A DNA stretch of 64,000 nt. Source: Monocercomonoides exilis PA203. Taxonomy: Eukaryota; Protista; Preaxostyla. The position numbers and the translations under genes are program-made. A model generated the notes under the pieces. It had not been told where the DNA came from, did not search any database, and worked only from the letters and a program-made list of their open reading frames with translations. Shown piece by piece: positions 38,924 through 52,329 of this stretch (position 1 is its first letter; each line of letters opens with the position of its first letter). Location of the stretch: NCBI GenBank assembly GCA_001643675.2, contig LSRY02000031.1, positions 868,001 to 932,000 on the forward strand. Direction: 5' to 3'.

Positions 38924-39639
38924 GTGCGCATTGACACTGCAATTCCTCTGAAAATTTCATTTGATCTGTTTAAAGTTTTTTCCATTTTCATTCGAACTTT
39001 TTGGTCTTTTTTATGTTTTCAATTATCATGTTTGAAATTATGTTCTTTAGCGTAAGTTTTTTTGCATGAATTGAATTGTTACCATTTTTATTGCATAAAC
39101 GATGTTTTTCGTTTTTCCATAAATAAATACATGCGCATGGAATTTTGAATTATCTGTTTTTAAAAATATGTCAATATTTTCTGTTCAATATGAAGATGTT
39201 TTTCCACTATCATTATCCTGAGAAAAGTCTCGTTAGCTATAAGATTTGTCATATTCAAAACAAAACATTGAAAATTCACAAATTATAACACACAAAACAA
39301 ATAATTCCATTAAAAAAATGTTTGAAATGAGATAGTTTGTGCGAAGTGGAAGTTTCTTTCGATGTGAATGGCACATTCCAAAGGATGCCAAAAAAATTAG
39401 CTCATTCTTATTTTGTATCTTCAGGCCAGTCGTTTGTTCTCAAGCGTTTCTCTGTCTCTTTCAAGGGGTTCATCAGCTTGTGTGCTGTTTTAACAACAAA
39501 ACAATTGACAAATTGAAGAATAAGTTTTGATAAACATGAAAACGTATTTTTTAAAAGTCATAAAAAAAAAGGGAAAAAATGAAAAACATTTGAAATTTCA
39601 ATGCAATCATATTTGAAAAGCAAACTTTCAGCTATCTTC

Positions 39640-40330
39640 GCCTGCTTCAGCAGCTGTTCTCTCGGATCCGCTAAGAGATCGTCCTCGTTCGTTGTAATCA
39701 TCTTTTGCAGCATCGATTCCTTCAACGTCCTAGCCCCAAGTTTCCCTCCGCTTCCATCTCCTTCTTTTAGCTGCTCTTGAATACGTCGAAATGCGGGTTT
39801 TCACACCACATCTTCTGTTCCCTGAATTGGTCTTTCTCCGACTTCCTGGACAGCGGATTCACTGCTTCCACGCAAAATGACGGATCTGCTGCTTTGACAC
39901 GATAAGCCTTATCAACACATCTCAGGGCAACAAATCTCGATGCGCTGAGATTGTAAACGACATGTGCACGACCGTCGCTGTAACCGTATGCAATCTGGTT
40001 GATTGCCCTGTTGTACTCCACTTGCGTGTGGCATCCATTTGCACAATCTGGGGGAAAAAATCGTTGAGATAAAGTAATAATAAACAAAATAATTGCAATA
40101 AATAAAAACAGATAAATATGAGTAAAAAAAGCATGAAAAATTTTTCAATTGCAATAAAATACAGATAATTTTGTGAAATTCAATTGAACAAAAGTTGCAA
40201 ACCAATTGGAGCAAGCATTTTTGAGCAGTCGTTCGTAAAAATGCATAACCTGCCTGTTTTATTTCCAAATTTCCCTCCGATACAATTGTTCCTATTCCCT
40301 CATCTGAGCATAATCCTTCCAAACCACCTG
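39640..40330 (-). pseudogene. WDR70: WDR70/Gad1-like C-terminal fragment
   Basis: Spliced reading GRLCIFTNDCSKMLAPI-DCANGCHTQVEYNRAINQIAYGYSDGRAHVVYNLSASRFVALRCVDKAYR resembles WDR70 'GKLVFF..NQIMVGTGNGLAKVYYDPNKSQRGAKLCVVK'. Stops upstream and downstream; intron retained at ~40048-40202. Confidence 0.55.
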
Positions 40331-40655
40331 GGTTTGGTACAACGTGAGCAGATCGTGGCTCAAAAAATGATGCAGATAAAGCGGCTGAAGATACACCAGA
40401 AGGGGTGGTGGGAGGAAATAGAAGAAGTAGAAGAAGACTAAGTTAATTAATTAATAAAAAAATGTTTGAAAATAAAAAATAACCAATCAGAAATGAAGTG
40501 TGTTTACAGCTTGTAACCAATAAAATTCCAAGTAATTCGCTTAGAACTCTTGCTTCAACCTTTCCCCCTCTTCCCTTCTCAAATCAAACACCCATCCAAT
40601 CCAGTGCTTTTTCAACTCTCTCTTTTTGTTTTTTTCCCCCCTCTCTCTTTGTTTC

Positions 40656-42014
40656 TCACATTTCCGGGTCGCTCTCTTCCAAAAGCCCGCTCTCTTCCAA
40701 TAGCCCTTCGCCTTCATCTCCATTCTGGTTTGCGCTTGTGCCACTGCTCGCCCCATTCGCTTCCTGAATTGCTGAGTCTTTGTTCAGATCGTCTCCCATC
40801 ACATACATCTTCTCTCGCTCGCTCAGCGAGTGCATTCTTGTCCCTTCTCCTTCTCCTTCTCCTTCTCCCTCTATTTTCCTTTCCCTTTCCTCTTCTTCTC
40901 CTTCATCTTCAGTGCCTTTCTGGAACAAGTCTTCGTCGTCTTCCTCAAACCGGTCGTCACTCGTATGCATCGTTCGCATCGGGCTTTGCCTGTTTATCTC
41001 TTTTTCTCGCTCTTCATTCTCTTCGTCGTCTGAGTCCGCTGTGCTGTCCAATTCGTCCTCTCCAGCAATTCCAGGCCGCATGCGCTTCAGCGTCGATTGA
41101 AGTGAAGAGAGCAGCAGAGAAGAATGTGCTGTCGATTTCTTTTCAATCTCGTCAACCGACTTCAGCGGAGTGCCACCAGGTGAACTGAAACGAGACAGGG
41201 AGTGTTTGCGAAACAAGAACGATGCAGTTTTAACATATATACATGAATTTATATTTTGAACAATGCAAAAATAATTTTTATCGTTAATTTTACTTCAAAG
41301 ATTAAAAGATGTACAAACCGTTTAATAGTTGTTGATCTTAGCTTTTGTGAACCAGCAATAAGATCTTGCATTTTTATTGAAAGAGTATTCAGCGTCGATG
41401 GGTTTGTTCTGTTTTGATTAACTGGTGTATTTAACATTGTTAAAGCTCTCTGATGCTAAAAACGCAAAACAAGCACAATTATCAATAAATGATGAAAAAC
41501 AAACAAACTTTCGGTTTTGGATTATGCGCCACAGGTAATGGAGGAGCTACAGGTATTGAAGAAACTTGTGTAACTGGAGGAAGAGGTGGTGCTTGAGGAA
41601 TAGTTGAAGTTTGCGCTGATGCAGCTTCTTGACGAACAGGAAAAGGAGATGTTTGAACGGAAGTCTCCACCATTTCATTTTCTGTTCGTTCTTTTGAAGT
41701 TGCTTCTTTCTCCTTTTGAACGTCAGCAAGAAGCTTTCTCAATTTAGCAATCTCATCTTCTTTTTCCTTTAATAAAGATGCAGGATCTTGAATTTGTGCG
41801 ACTCATTGCACATCTGAAAAAGCGCAAGTTTCTTGATTCGAAGTTTTATTTGTTGGAAAGGCTGCGTTCTTTTTTTGCTTTAATTATTCATAAATCATCA
41901 AATTAATCAAATGCAAAATGTTGAAAATAAAATTACCATCAAAGAAACAAAGCAAATGCATATGAAAACAATGTTAAGAAACTCCTAACAAATATAAACT
42001 CCGCATACCGGCAT
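40656..42014 (-). CDS. Proline-rich WH2/central/acidic protein, PRR11/MTFR-like, with one in-frame TGA (possible pseudogene)
   Basis: Spliced model: hydrophobic N-terminus (EFLNIVFICICFVSLM), coiled coil EDEIAKLRKLLA, APPLPP/APPLP, MQDLIAGSQKLRSTTIKR-SPGGTP, LLSSLQSTLKRMRPGIAG, acidic tail. TGA at 41805-41803. 5' exons tentative. Confidence 0.55.
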
Positions 42015-42400
42015 TACAACCAAGAGTAATTTGAAGTGAGATGCCCTTTATTAACATATTTATTCTTATCAAATACTTTTAAAAAATATGAAAATTCAAT
42101 GAAAATATCAATACATACATATTATTAAAAAGAAAAGATTTAAAATGAAATGAATTTTTAAAAGAAAAAATTTTCAAATTATGAAGAAACGAAAAACTTC
42201 AAAAAAATTTATTCTTCCATTTAAAAATCAATACAAATTGTAACATATAAATAAAGAGTATAAACATTAAAAAAATGAAGAGAAATTAAACGAATCCTTC
42301 GAAAATTGCAAAAAAATAAATAAACGTTGGAGATGCAAGAAAAGATGAGGAAATAATGATTGTGAAAAAATATTCAACTCCTAATTTCTCACAGTAATCC

Positions 42401-42472
42401 AAAAAAATTAAAAAATTCAAAAAAATTCAAAAAAATTCAAAAAATTCAAAAAAAATCAAAAAAATCAAAAAA
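42401..42472. repeat. Short tandem repeat (A6-8TTC/TC)n
   Basis: Direct reading. Confidence 0.8.
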
Positions 42473-42504
42473 CCATCATCAAATTTCATAACTTCTTATG
42501 TGAG

Positions 42505-44013
42505 CTACACGAAAACAAGATATTTGATTATTCTTCTGTTATTTCTAAACACATAGGAGTTGAAGAAAGCAATGAAACACAAGCTCACCAGCCAATCTTC
42601 GTATCCTTCTTCCTCCATCATTTCAATCACTTTCCTTTTCAGCTCTTTCCGTTTGGCTTCCTCTCTCTCTTTTTCGCTCTTCACACTCAGCCTTTTTGCA
42701 AGGCCCCTGAACACATACAAACAGCCACTGGCTTCTTCTTTTGCCACTTCTGACCGAACAACCTCGCTCAAAGCAACGCCAATCGCTCCTTTGTCCAGCA
42801 AGCAGTCAATTTGTGAGGCTTGGCTTTTGATCATCGCATGGAACAGCTGAAAACAGAGTCTGGCGATGCTTCCTTGGCATGCCCTTGTGGCCCAAAACAC
42901 TCGCACAACGCATTCAACCAGCCCTTCGTGCTCTTTCGTCTGATATTTGCACACAAAGAAGTAAACATCCAATGAGCGGAGCCACCTCTCAATAATCATG
43001 ATTTCACTCTCTGCACTTCTTTCTTTCTTTTCTTTCTTTTCTTTCTTTTCTTCCTTTTCTTCTTCCTCTCTCTTCCATTCCAAACTCCTAACCAGCTCTT
43101 CCAATTCTCTTGTTGCTTCCTTCACAAAATGCAGCTCATTCACAATGGCATCCTCCAAATTTCTATCAACTTGAAATCGATAAATCAAAAACTGCCAAGC
43201 AGACTGACAAGCAAGTTGAGTGAGATTGTGATGTTCCTGGTGATATTTGATGATTTCTTTGATCTCATTCAGATACAATCCTTTCTCTATTTTCTATTTT
43301 TTTTCGAAAAAAGAAAGAAATAATTATTCAGAAATAAAATAAAATAAAATTACAACTCACATACTTGATTTGCCCCAATATTGCCCAAAGCAAGCAACGC
43401 CATTTCCACATCTTTCTGAACCTCCTCATTTTCTTCCTTGTTTGCAGCATATTTGAGAATACACTTCACATAGATTGTTAGCAATTCTTTTGGTATTCTA
43501 TCGTAATTATCAAGAAGAAGAAAATAGCATTCGATGATGTCGATTTGAAGCTTTTCATCTCTATTCTTTTTTTTCTTCTCTTCCTTTAAAGCCGTCTTTG
43601 TTAACCTTTGACACAACAAAGAATTGATAAAACAGCCACTTCTAATCATTTTCATATTAACAAAACATCCGATGTACTTCAACAACAATAATGAATTTTT
43701 CATTGTCATTTTCTTTTCTTCAATCATTTTATTAACTTCTTCGAACAGATTTTTTCTGTCCATTGTCCCAAATTCTTCTTCGTTCATTTCCTTCATTGCT
43801 TCATTCATTTCTTCAACTTTCTTTTTCTGTTCAATTTCCGAACAATGCCCCAGTTCGTCGAACAACGCTTCAAAAAACAAGAAAGAAAAGAAATAAAAGT
43901 CAGAAATTCAACCATCATAAATTCAAAAACAACATTGCTCACAAACTCAAAAACTGTTCAACATAAAAGCTGTTTTGAACTTCATCTTCATCCTCATCAT
44001 TATACGAGCTCAT
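42505..44013 (-). CDS. 'QEH' family helical protein, copy 2 (three exons, apparently intact)
   Basis: ATG 44013. Exon 2 LFDELGHCSEIEQKKKVEEMNE..VEMALLALGNI. Exon 3 YLNEIKEIIKYHQEHHNLTQLA..MEEEGYED. Same intron positions as the other copies. Confidence 0.85.
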
Positions 44014-44854
44014 TTTATTTATAACTTATATTTTCCTATTCGTTTAAAATTGTTACTTGCCCGACAAAATAAAAGATAAATACAAACATCGATTATAACC
44101 AAGCAAACATGAAAGAACGCAACAAACTATTTTGTATTTGCTTTACAACAAGATGCACAAAGAAAGTGCTATGAAATTACTGTGCTCAGTTGACTAAGTC
44201 CAGGAATGAAAATCTTTTGTTCTTTTTTGATCGAACCAACTTTAATTCAATAAATTCAGAAAGATTTTTTTTTGTACTTTTGAAATCCTTTTTCGATCAA
44301 TCCCCATCTTATATAAACATTTTCCTTTTCAAATAAGGTGGCAACATTTTGAAATAGAGGTGGAAAAACAAGAAATAATGATTCATGAAGAGAAAGTTCT
44401 TTCTATTTAATTAATTGAATGAATCGGACCATAAACATCAAAAGAACAAGTTGCTTTCATTTTATGGAATTAATGTATAAAGAGTGTTTTTTTGAGCAAG
44501 CATGAAGAACAGGATTGACTGTTGAAGAAGAAATATTCAAAACACTGAAAGTTAAAAAATCATTTAATTGATGAGGCAAAGACCAAATGCTTCAACCGCA
44601 AGAAAGGAAAAAATAATTTGGAAATAAGAATTAAAATACAAAATATTCAAAGATTTGTCCAAACAACGCTATTACAAAATTGAATGTTCTACATTGTTGC
44701 GTAAGATATACATAACCTTTCGTTTTACATGTGATTTTTCAAAAACCTTAGATGACCAAAGCCATTGGATTTTGGAGGAAAGGAAATTTGACAAGGAATT
44801 ATGCGGAGACAACTCTGCACCGAAGTGAATGCAGAAAGAATACAGGAAAGGTTT

Positions 44855-44890
<36 letters not shown>

Positions 44891-46120
44891 CATGAAAATT
44901 TGAATGCGTTTCAAATAGAAAGAAATCACCTGTTAAAATCCGTTTTCCCTGAACAGAGCGACGAGAAATACAATCATTTTGATCCATATTTTGATGATCA
45001 TTTATCACCAAAATGATCTTCATTGAATGATAAAGAGACGATTTCGCATTTTGACATCCATCATCACATGGAATGGCACATGAGAACAAAAGTTCATCTG
45101 ATCGAATGTTTTGTAATATTTCCTCTTTTTTGTGCTTAAGAAGTGACATTCAGAAGAAGTGCCTCTTTCTTTCGTTTGTTTGCGATGCAACTCACAGAAT
45201 GTTTCTTCTTCTGCTTTGTCTTCGCTGAGCATGCCTCCATTTGTGCATTCCACCCCGCAGCGGATAAACATTCGGAAAAGGTTGTTCAATCACAATTTCT
45301 ACGAATGAAATTGAACTCTTCAAATGATCTCGATTTGTCTATCGTTCAAAACAACAATAAGAAGTCTTCCAGACATATTGAATTTTCATCTAATATTTCA
45401 TCTGCATCAACAAGCGAATAACAACAAATTACTTTTCCTCCTCCTCCTCCTCCTCCTCCTCCTCCTCCTCCTCCTCCTTCTCTTTCTTTCTTTTTCCTCT
45501 TCTTCCTCTTCGTCCTCCTCTTCTTCTTCTCCTTCTCCTTCTTTTCCTTCAAATCCTTCATCATCTTTCTTCAACACTTTGATCATTTCCATTGCATATC
45601 TTCTTCTTCCACTTCTTCATTCTTTGAGAAGTCTTCCTTTCTCTCACCCATATGGAATTGACTGTGAATTGTATATTCTTAATCACTGTTTGCCAAGGCA
45701 CATTGAAATACGAAACAGAAAGAGAAAATGGGAAAAAGAAAGTGAACATTTTTGTATGAGAAAATGCAATCAACTCTTCAATAGCCAAAAGAAAACATCT
45801 TCATCTTTCCATTTGCATTCATCTTTGAAACTCCTTATTTGGCTGCAGGGTTTTAATTTCTCATCTTCAGTTTCAATGAGATCATATGAAACAAAGAAAA
45901 GCCAGGGAAGAATCCGAAGGATTATTAACTCCAAAAAGGATAAGAAAAGAGACTTTTCAAGTTAAATGAACAAATGAATGTAATTTATTTTTTTCTTTTT
46001 CTTTTTTGAAATTGGGAAAAATAATCAATTTAAAATATTCATATGAATATTTTGTGTGAAACGAAAAAAAAAAGAAAAAATTCAGTTATCGAATTTAAAA
46101 GTGTGATGCATTTTGTTTCC

Positions 46121-47527
46121 TTAAACACTTATAAAATAGTCAGAAATATTCAACGATAGTCCATGATAATATCGTCTGTTAAGAAAATCAAATTTTTCAT
46201 GAAAGCTTGTGATGATGTCTTCGTATCCTTCTTCTTCCATCTTTTCAGTCACTTTCCTTTTTGAAGCTTTTCTTTTCGCTTCTTCCATTTCATCATCTTC
46301 CTCTTCTTTCAATCTTCTTGAAACTTTCAAAAAAAGTACTAAGCTTTCATATGCCATTTTTTCATTCAACGCTGGCAGTTGTATCCCTTGAAAAACAGCA
46401 TCTACAGCTCCTCCCTTCACAAAAGCTTCAACTTTTATAGCTTTGTTTCCTGCTGCAGTTTCCAATAAATAAACACAATGATAATGAATTCCATTGCATT
46501 TCTCCTTTGTGGCTTGAAATACTTGAACAATGCTTCCAATAAGCCCAGAAAATTCTTCTCTCTGCAATTTACACATTTCGAAGAAAAAATTCAAAGATTC
46601 GATCCATCTCAATAAAGCAAGCTCTTCTTCACTTTCTTCTTCTTTCTCTCTCTTCCAATCCACATTTCTTGTCAGCTCTTCGATTTCTCTTGCTGCCTCT
46701 CTCGCAAAATGCAGATCATTCACAATCACTTCTTCTAAATTCTCATCGAAATATAATCTGTCTATCAAAAACTTCCAAGCACACCGATAGGCAAGATGTG
46801 AAAGATTTCGATGTTCCTGATGATATTTGATAATCTCTTTGATTTCATTCATATAAAGTTCTTGTTCGATTGGCTGATGAAAAAATAAGAAAAAATTGAT
46901 TAAATTAAAAAGAAAATAACATTGTTCATACACAAATTCCAATGTTATGCAAAGCCAGAAAAGCTATTTCCACTTCATTACGAGCTTCCACGCTTTCCTC
47001 TTTCTTCAACGCAGCTTTCACGAGGCAAGGCACGCAAATCGACAATAATTCATGGTTGAAAATAAAGCTCAGAGAAAAAAAGCATTCGCAAAGATCAACA
47101 AGAAGTTTTTCATCCTTTTCATCTATTTTTTTGTTCTCCGCAATTATCATCTGTTCAAATCTTTTGTTCAACGAAGATTCTTTAAAGCTACGTGTCCATG
47201 CATTTTTTAGAACTTTGCAATATCCAACACGCTTCAACAATAAAAGCACATTTCCCATTGACAGTTTCTTATCTTCAATCATTTTGTTCATTTTGTAAAA
47301 CAGTTCTTTCGTGAAAACAGACTTGAATTCCTCTTCATTCATTTCATAAACAATTTTATTCATCTCTTCGATTATCCGTTTCTGCCCGTTCTCATCACAA
47401 TCTTCAAGCTCAGAAAACAATTCTTCAAAAAAACAAAGAAAAACAAAAATAAATCCATTCATCGAGAACTCAAATCCAACAATAAACACAAACCATTAAA
47501 CCTTTCAGTTCCACTCGTTGTCTGCAT
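46121..47527 (-). CDS. 'QEH' family helical protein, copy 3 (three exons, apparently intact), closest to copy 1
   Basis: ATG 47527, MQTTSGTERFN identical to copy 1; ELFSELEDCDE..; YMNEIKEIIKYHQEHRNLSHLAY; KMEEEGYED; stop at 46121. Confidence 0.85.
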
Positions 47528-48420
47528 TTTTGAAAATGCATTGCGAACAAAAAACAACGAAAATTCGTCATTCGAATTGAATTCAGATATCATTGGATAA
47601 AAGAAATCGGCGCAAAACAAAAACTCAAAGCAACCATGAAAGCATAAGTCGTTATACCATTCTGCGTTGTTAGTGTTATTTGACAAGGCGTTACAAAAAA
47701 AGAAAGAAAGAAAAAACGATAAATATTTTTCTGGTTTGTTATTATGGATTTATGATCATCAGATTTGAAAGAATAAAAATATTCCTTGTTGAAATGAGAG
47801 ATAGATGAGCGGATATTTTATGCAGAGCAGGCGATATTGTTACGTGTGGTGCAGCAGGCAATGATGGAATTGGGCAAGATAATTTTATGAAAAGCATCTT
47901 TGAAGGAAATTCATATTCCAAAATAATGGATGAAAATAATGATATATGCGTTTTTTATTATTTTTGTTCATTTTAAAGATTCTTCCCTCTGTGGCCTTCT
48001 CAGAGCGCAAGAATCTGATAAATAATATAAATGGTTATGCCTTTGCTTTTCTGAGGAGAATTTCAAAAGAGAACTGGATTCTGAGTACAATCAGCTAATG
48101 TGAATCGCATATTTTAATATTCAGAAAAAAGAGGGGATGAAAATAAATTCAATTTCAAAGCATTTTGATGAGAGCGAAATGGAATGACAACAATTGGACG
48201 GTTATTGGAAAAAAATAAATCAGAAATGTTTTATTCTAATAAAAAAGTTGATGATAACATCAAAAGCAGAATATTTGTGTGGGAATAAAGGATGATGGAG
48301 AAAGAAGCACATGGAAACAATGGAAAATGAGATTTTCATCATCAGTAATTAAACAATCCTCTGCATTTGCGAAAAAGATGGCAGGTGTGTTCTTTTGAGG
48401 AATTTTGTAATCAATGCAAA
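47528..48420 (-). repeat. ~0.9-kb upstream segment duplicated together with the QEH gene (inverted paralogue of 5915-6821)
   Basis: Collinear matches, e.g. TTTGCATTGATTA..AAATTCCTCAAAAG, TTAAAATATGCGATTCACATTAGCTGATTG, TTTATCAGATTCTTGC.CTCTGAGAAGG. Confidence 0.85.
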
Positions 48421-50607
48421 ACCAATTTCATTTTTATTTTATAAATCTTTTTTCCATTCCAGCCAACAGCATTTTTTTTATTGAGTGTGATTCCCGGGGA
48501 CAATCCATTTCAAGCAGCATTTTTGTGGGCAGTGAGTTTTCTTCTCCTTCTCCTTCGATCTCTTCATTGACGATATTTTTTTAATTTGACTGATGGAAAG
48601 AACGCCTTCTTCGTATTTGAGAATTTGTTGTTTGAATAACCATAAAATTCTAATGTTGCAACATAAAATAAATCTTCCTTCTCTTGCTGCAGTTGTCTGT
48701 TATGAAATTCAAATCTGTTCATCATGCCTACATTTTCTTCAAATGAGTCTTTCTCACCTTTGTCGCCTAGCTCGTTCAAAGAGCATCATCGAGCTCATTT
48801 CATTCCATTTCTCTCTCAGATGCCCCTTCTTCTTTTTCTTCTTTCGTTTTCTTTTTCATATCTGCTGATGCGAGAATTTTGTTTGCGAAAGCAGTCATTG
48901 TGTTGAACTCTGATCATTCAGCATTAACTTCATCATCATCATCATCATCATCATCTTCTTCTTCTTCTTCTTCTTCTTCTTCTTCTTCTTCTTCTTCATC
49001 GAATTCTTCTCTACCTTCTCCTTTTAATCGCTCTCATTCAGATCTTAAATACTCCTTCTTCGACTTATTCGTGATCTTCTGTTTTCCCTGTAATCTTTCT
49101 CTTCTCCAATGTCCACTCACATGAGTATTAACTCTGTCCTCTCCATCGAAAACCCTTCCTTCAGAGCGAAGTTCATCATTCGCACAAGTTCTTCCTGCTA
49201 AATGAAGCCATGCGTCTGTGAGTTATTGACTTCAACATCAGAAAGAATCCCCTCCCACACTTCACAATCTTCGAGCACATCCTCAGATTCTCCTTGTGAG
49301 GAACCGACTTTGTGAATAGAGACATCAATGGGTGGTGACTTTTCTGCGTCTGTAACTTCCACCATTCGACAAGACTCATCCACACTCTCCTCGTCGCCGT
49401 GTCGCTTCCTCGCGAGATTGCAATGTGCAGAGCATTCGTAATGGCTCGTTAACGACCTGAACCTCCTTCCTTATTCGCACTTTAACAACTTTCTCTTCTG
49501 AGCAGCTGTTTTATTCAAACAAACATATACAAGTTCGCTTCATGTTAATATTCTCCACATTTCATAAAACAAAAATTGTCTATTTTTATTATATCATCTG
49601 TTAGATCAGAAAAAGAGATTGATAAGGAGACAAAAACGTTGAACCATAAGCAAGGAAATCTTAAAGATGCTATCAGAAAAGATGAAAATTTGAAAAAGAT
49701 GGAAGAAATGAGACAGTTTATGTTGTGGTTTGTTTCTCTGTTTTCATTAATGGAAATGTGTCAATAGGTGTTGCAAATAACTCATTTTAGTAGTTTTCTT
49801 GAGGTTTTAAAAAAAGCAAACATTCTTGCATTACATCAATAAAACAAAAATTGCATCATTATTTTCTGTTTGTGAACGTGAAATATTTTCGTATTTTCAA
49901 AAGTTTTTCATTTAAAACATTTAAACTTTATGCAACATTAAAAAAATATCTTGACTTTTCTTTCTTATTTAAATTCCGAAATTATTTATCACTTACAAAG
50001 ACGATTACATGCGAGTGAAATGAGCCATTAATCATATTAATAAAATATACATAAATACTTAATCAAATGGAACATAAATGATTATCTTCATTTCACTAAT
50101 AATCTTTCTTATTAACAAAAAATAAACTCCAGATAAACAAAGTTTTCACTATAAAAACTAAAGATTAATTATATACGTTTACAACAACTTCTAAAGCTTA
50201 AAAAGAGTTAACATTTTCGAAAATAAATTGAACGAATATGTGGATGTTACAATAAAGAAGGTTATTAAAAAGTTTTTAGCATTGCACTTAAAAATAGCAA
50301 TAAAGTGTAAATTTCACACCTCATTTGTGAAGTATTTAAGTGCTGCGTTATTAAATCCAAAGATAAACTTTCAATTTGCAGGCATTAAAGTTTTGTGCAA
50401 AAAATATTGAAATAAAAATTTAATAATGGGACAGATCACAAATATTTATTCTTGATATTTTATGTTGATATCTAAAAAAACTGTTCCACCCAAAAGTGTT
50501 GTTTTTTTATGTTATTTATTATCACTTATTATCATGAATGAAATCATGAAATTGGAGAAGGTATTTTCTTTCACTTATGCCGAAAGAAATATTAATGAGC
50601 ACGCAAA

Positions 50608-50955
50608 ATAATTAAAGGCCGAACTGCAATGCAATCACAGGAATGGGACAAGATAAAGGGAGGAAGATTAATCAGACTTTGGAGCGCATGCTTGCTGGAA
50701 GGACAAAAGAGCATTATAAAGATTTGAAGAAAGATCGAGGGAAGATGGAGCAAAGCGAATGAGCGAAGAACAGCGTATAGCTTGCAGATGTGTGATGAAG
50801 GAGCAACTGGATTCATGCATAATCAGATTGAGTTCTGTGAATCAGGTCAAATTCAGAAGCAATGTTTTTTTTGTCAAAAAGAAATCGGAACCCTGGAGTC
50901 AGATCGAAGCCTATTTGACATGACAAATCGATAATATTTTGTCAGTCATTTCTGA
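50608..50955 (+). mobile_element. Decayed remnant of a DIRS-type reverse transcriptase N-terminus
   Basis: IKGRTAMQSQEWDKIKGGRLIRL/GAHACWKDK aligns with the ORF at 1-94. It continues EQLDSCIIR..QVKFRSNVFFVKKKSEPWSQI, matching RT motif 'F.V.KK.G.WR.I'. One frameshift and stops. Confidence 0.7.
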
Positions 50956-51249
50956 TCAACAAAACCCATTATTAATTTTATATATTAATTTTATTGATAA
51001 ATAAAAAATGGAAACAACATAATTATCTTTGGCAATTCCAAAATATTTCTTTTTCAATTTTTGAATTTGTTTAAGAAACCATTTTTAAAAAAAACTATCT
51101 ACAAATATTTTTAATAACTCTTTATTGCTGATTCAATGCAAGTTCAAAAAGCAATAAATCTTTTTAACTGCAATGTCGCCTCTGAAAATCAATAAAATAT
51201 TTTCTGTTTTGCAGTAGATGAAGTTGAGGTTCCATTCAGCACACTTTTC

Positions 51250-52267
51250 GAATAGTGTCAACTTTTTAATGGGACTTTTTTACTTATTGGCACTTTTTAT
51301 GTTTGAAGCTGCAAATCAATAAAAAGTCCCCAATGAATTTCAACACATACACCACACTTTTTAACTAGTTTCAGCAGATACTTTTGCAGTTTGTTTTTAT
51401 ATTTTTATTCATTAGTCATTGAGAAATTTCGTTTTTTTGTTAAATTTGAATGGACATTTACCAGCCAACCAGGCAACGCCCATGAAATCGGGGACATGCT
51501 TTGAGTAGCTTTTACTAGGATCAATCTATTTTTATATTCTTTTTTTTAACAAACACTATTTTCTTGATTTTTTCGCATTTCAAATTTTCATCAACATGAT
51601 AACATTAAACTGTTTATTTCTTTATTAATATTATGAAATGATAAAAATAAAAATATGATATGAAAAACAAATACTCTTTTAATAAAGTGTTGTAAAAATA
51701 GAACATAGTTTATTTATTTATGTCTAGAACAGCAAAATGGTCCCAACTGCTTTTGATCTTTAATAAAACTATTGTTGTTTTGATGATTTCTTCATAATAA
51801 AAAATTTTTTATATTCATATTTGAATGTATATCATTATTAAAGTGTTTGTTTTTCATATCATATTTTTATTTTTATCATTTCATAATATTAATAAAGAAA
51901 TAAACAGTTTAATGTTATCATGTTGATGAAAATTTGAAATGCGAAAAAATCAAGAAAATAGTGTTTGTTAAAAAAAAGAATATAAAAATAGATTGATCCT
52001 AGTAAAAGCTACTCAAAGCATGTCCCCGATTTCATGGGCGTTGCCTGGTTGGCTGGTAAATGTCCATTCAAATTTAACAAAAAAACGAAATTTCTCAATG
52101 ACTAATGAATAAAAATATAAAAACAAACTGCAAAAGTATCTGCTGAAACTAGTTAAAAAGTGTGGTGTATGTGTTGAAATTCATTGGGGACTTTTTATTG
52201 ATTTGCAGCTTCAAACATAAAAAGTGCCAATAAGTAAAAAAGTCCCATTAAAAAGTTGACACTATTC
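51250..52267. repeat. Giant palindrome: 422-bp inverted arms with 174-bp spacer
   Basis: 51250-51671 is the reverse complement of 51846-52267, with no mismatch found in spot checks. No TSD recognised. Confidence 0.9.
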
Positions 52268-52329
52268 AATTTTGAGCCAAACAAATGCAAAAAGTCACAT
52301 GACATAAGCGATAGAAATATTCAATAGGC

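Noticed and set aside
41803-41805. TGA as selenocysteine
   Set aside because: It lies in a non-conserved linker of a non-redox protein, and no SECIS-like hairpin was recognised.
44100-45960. Coding-like, Glu-rich and (CCT)n-containing fragments
   Set aside because: Probably decayed gene pieces, but no consistent frame or family could be assigned.
48500-49560. Minus-strand acidic coding-like fragment with (GAA)n(GAT)n tract
   Set aside because: Multiple stops and no recognisable domain.
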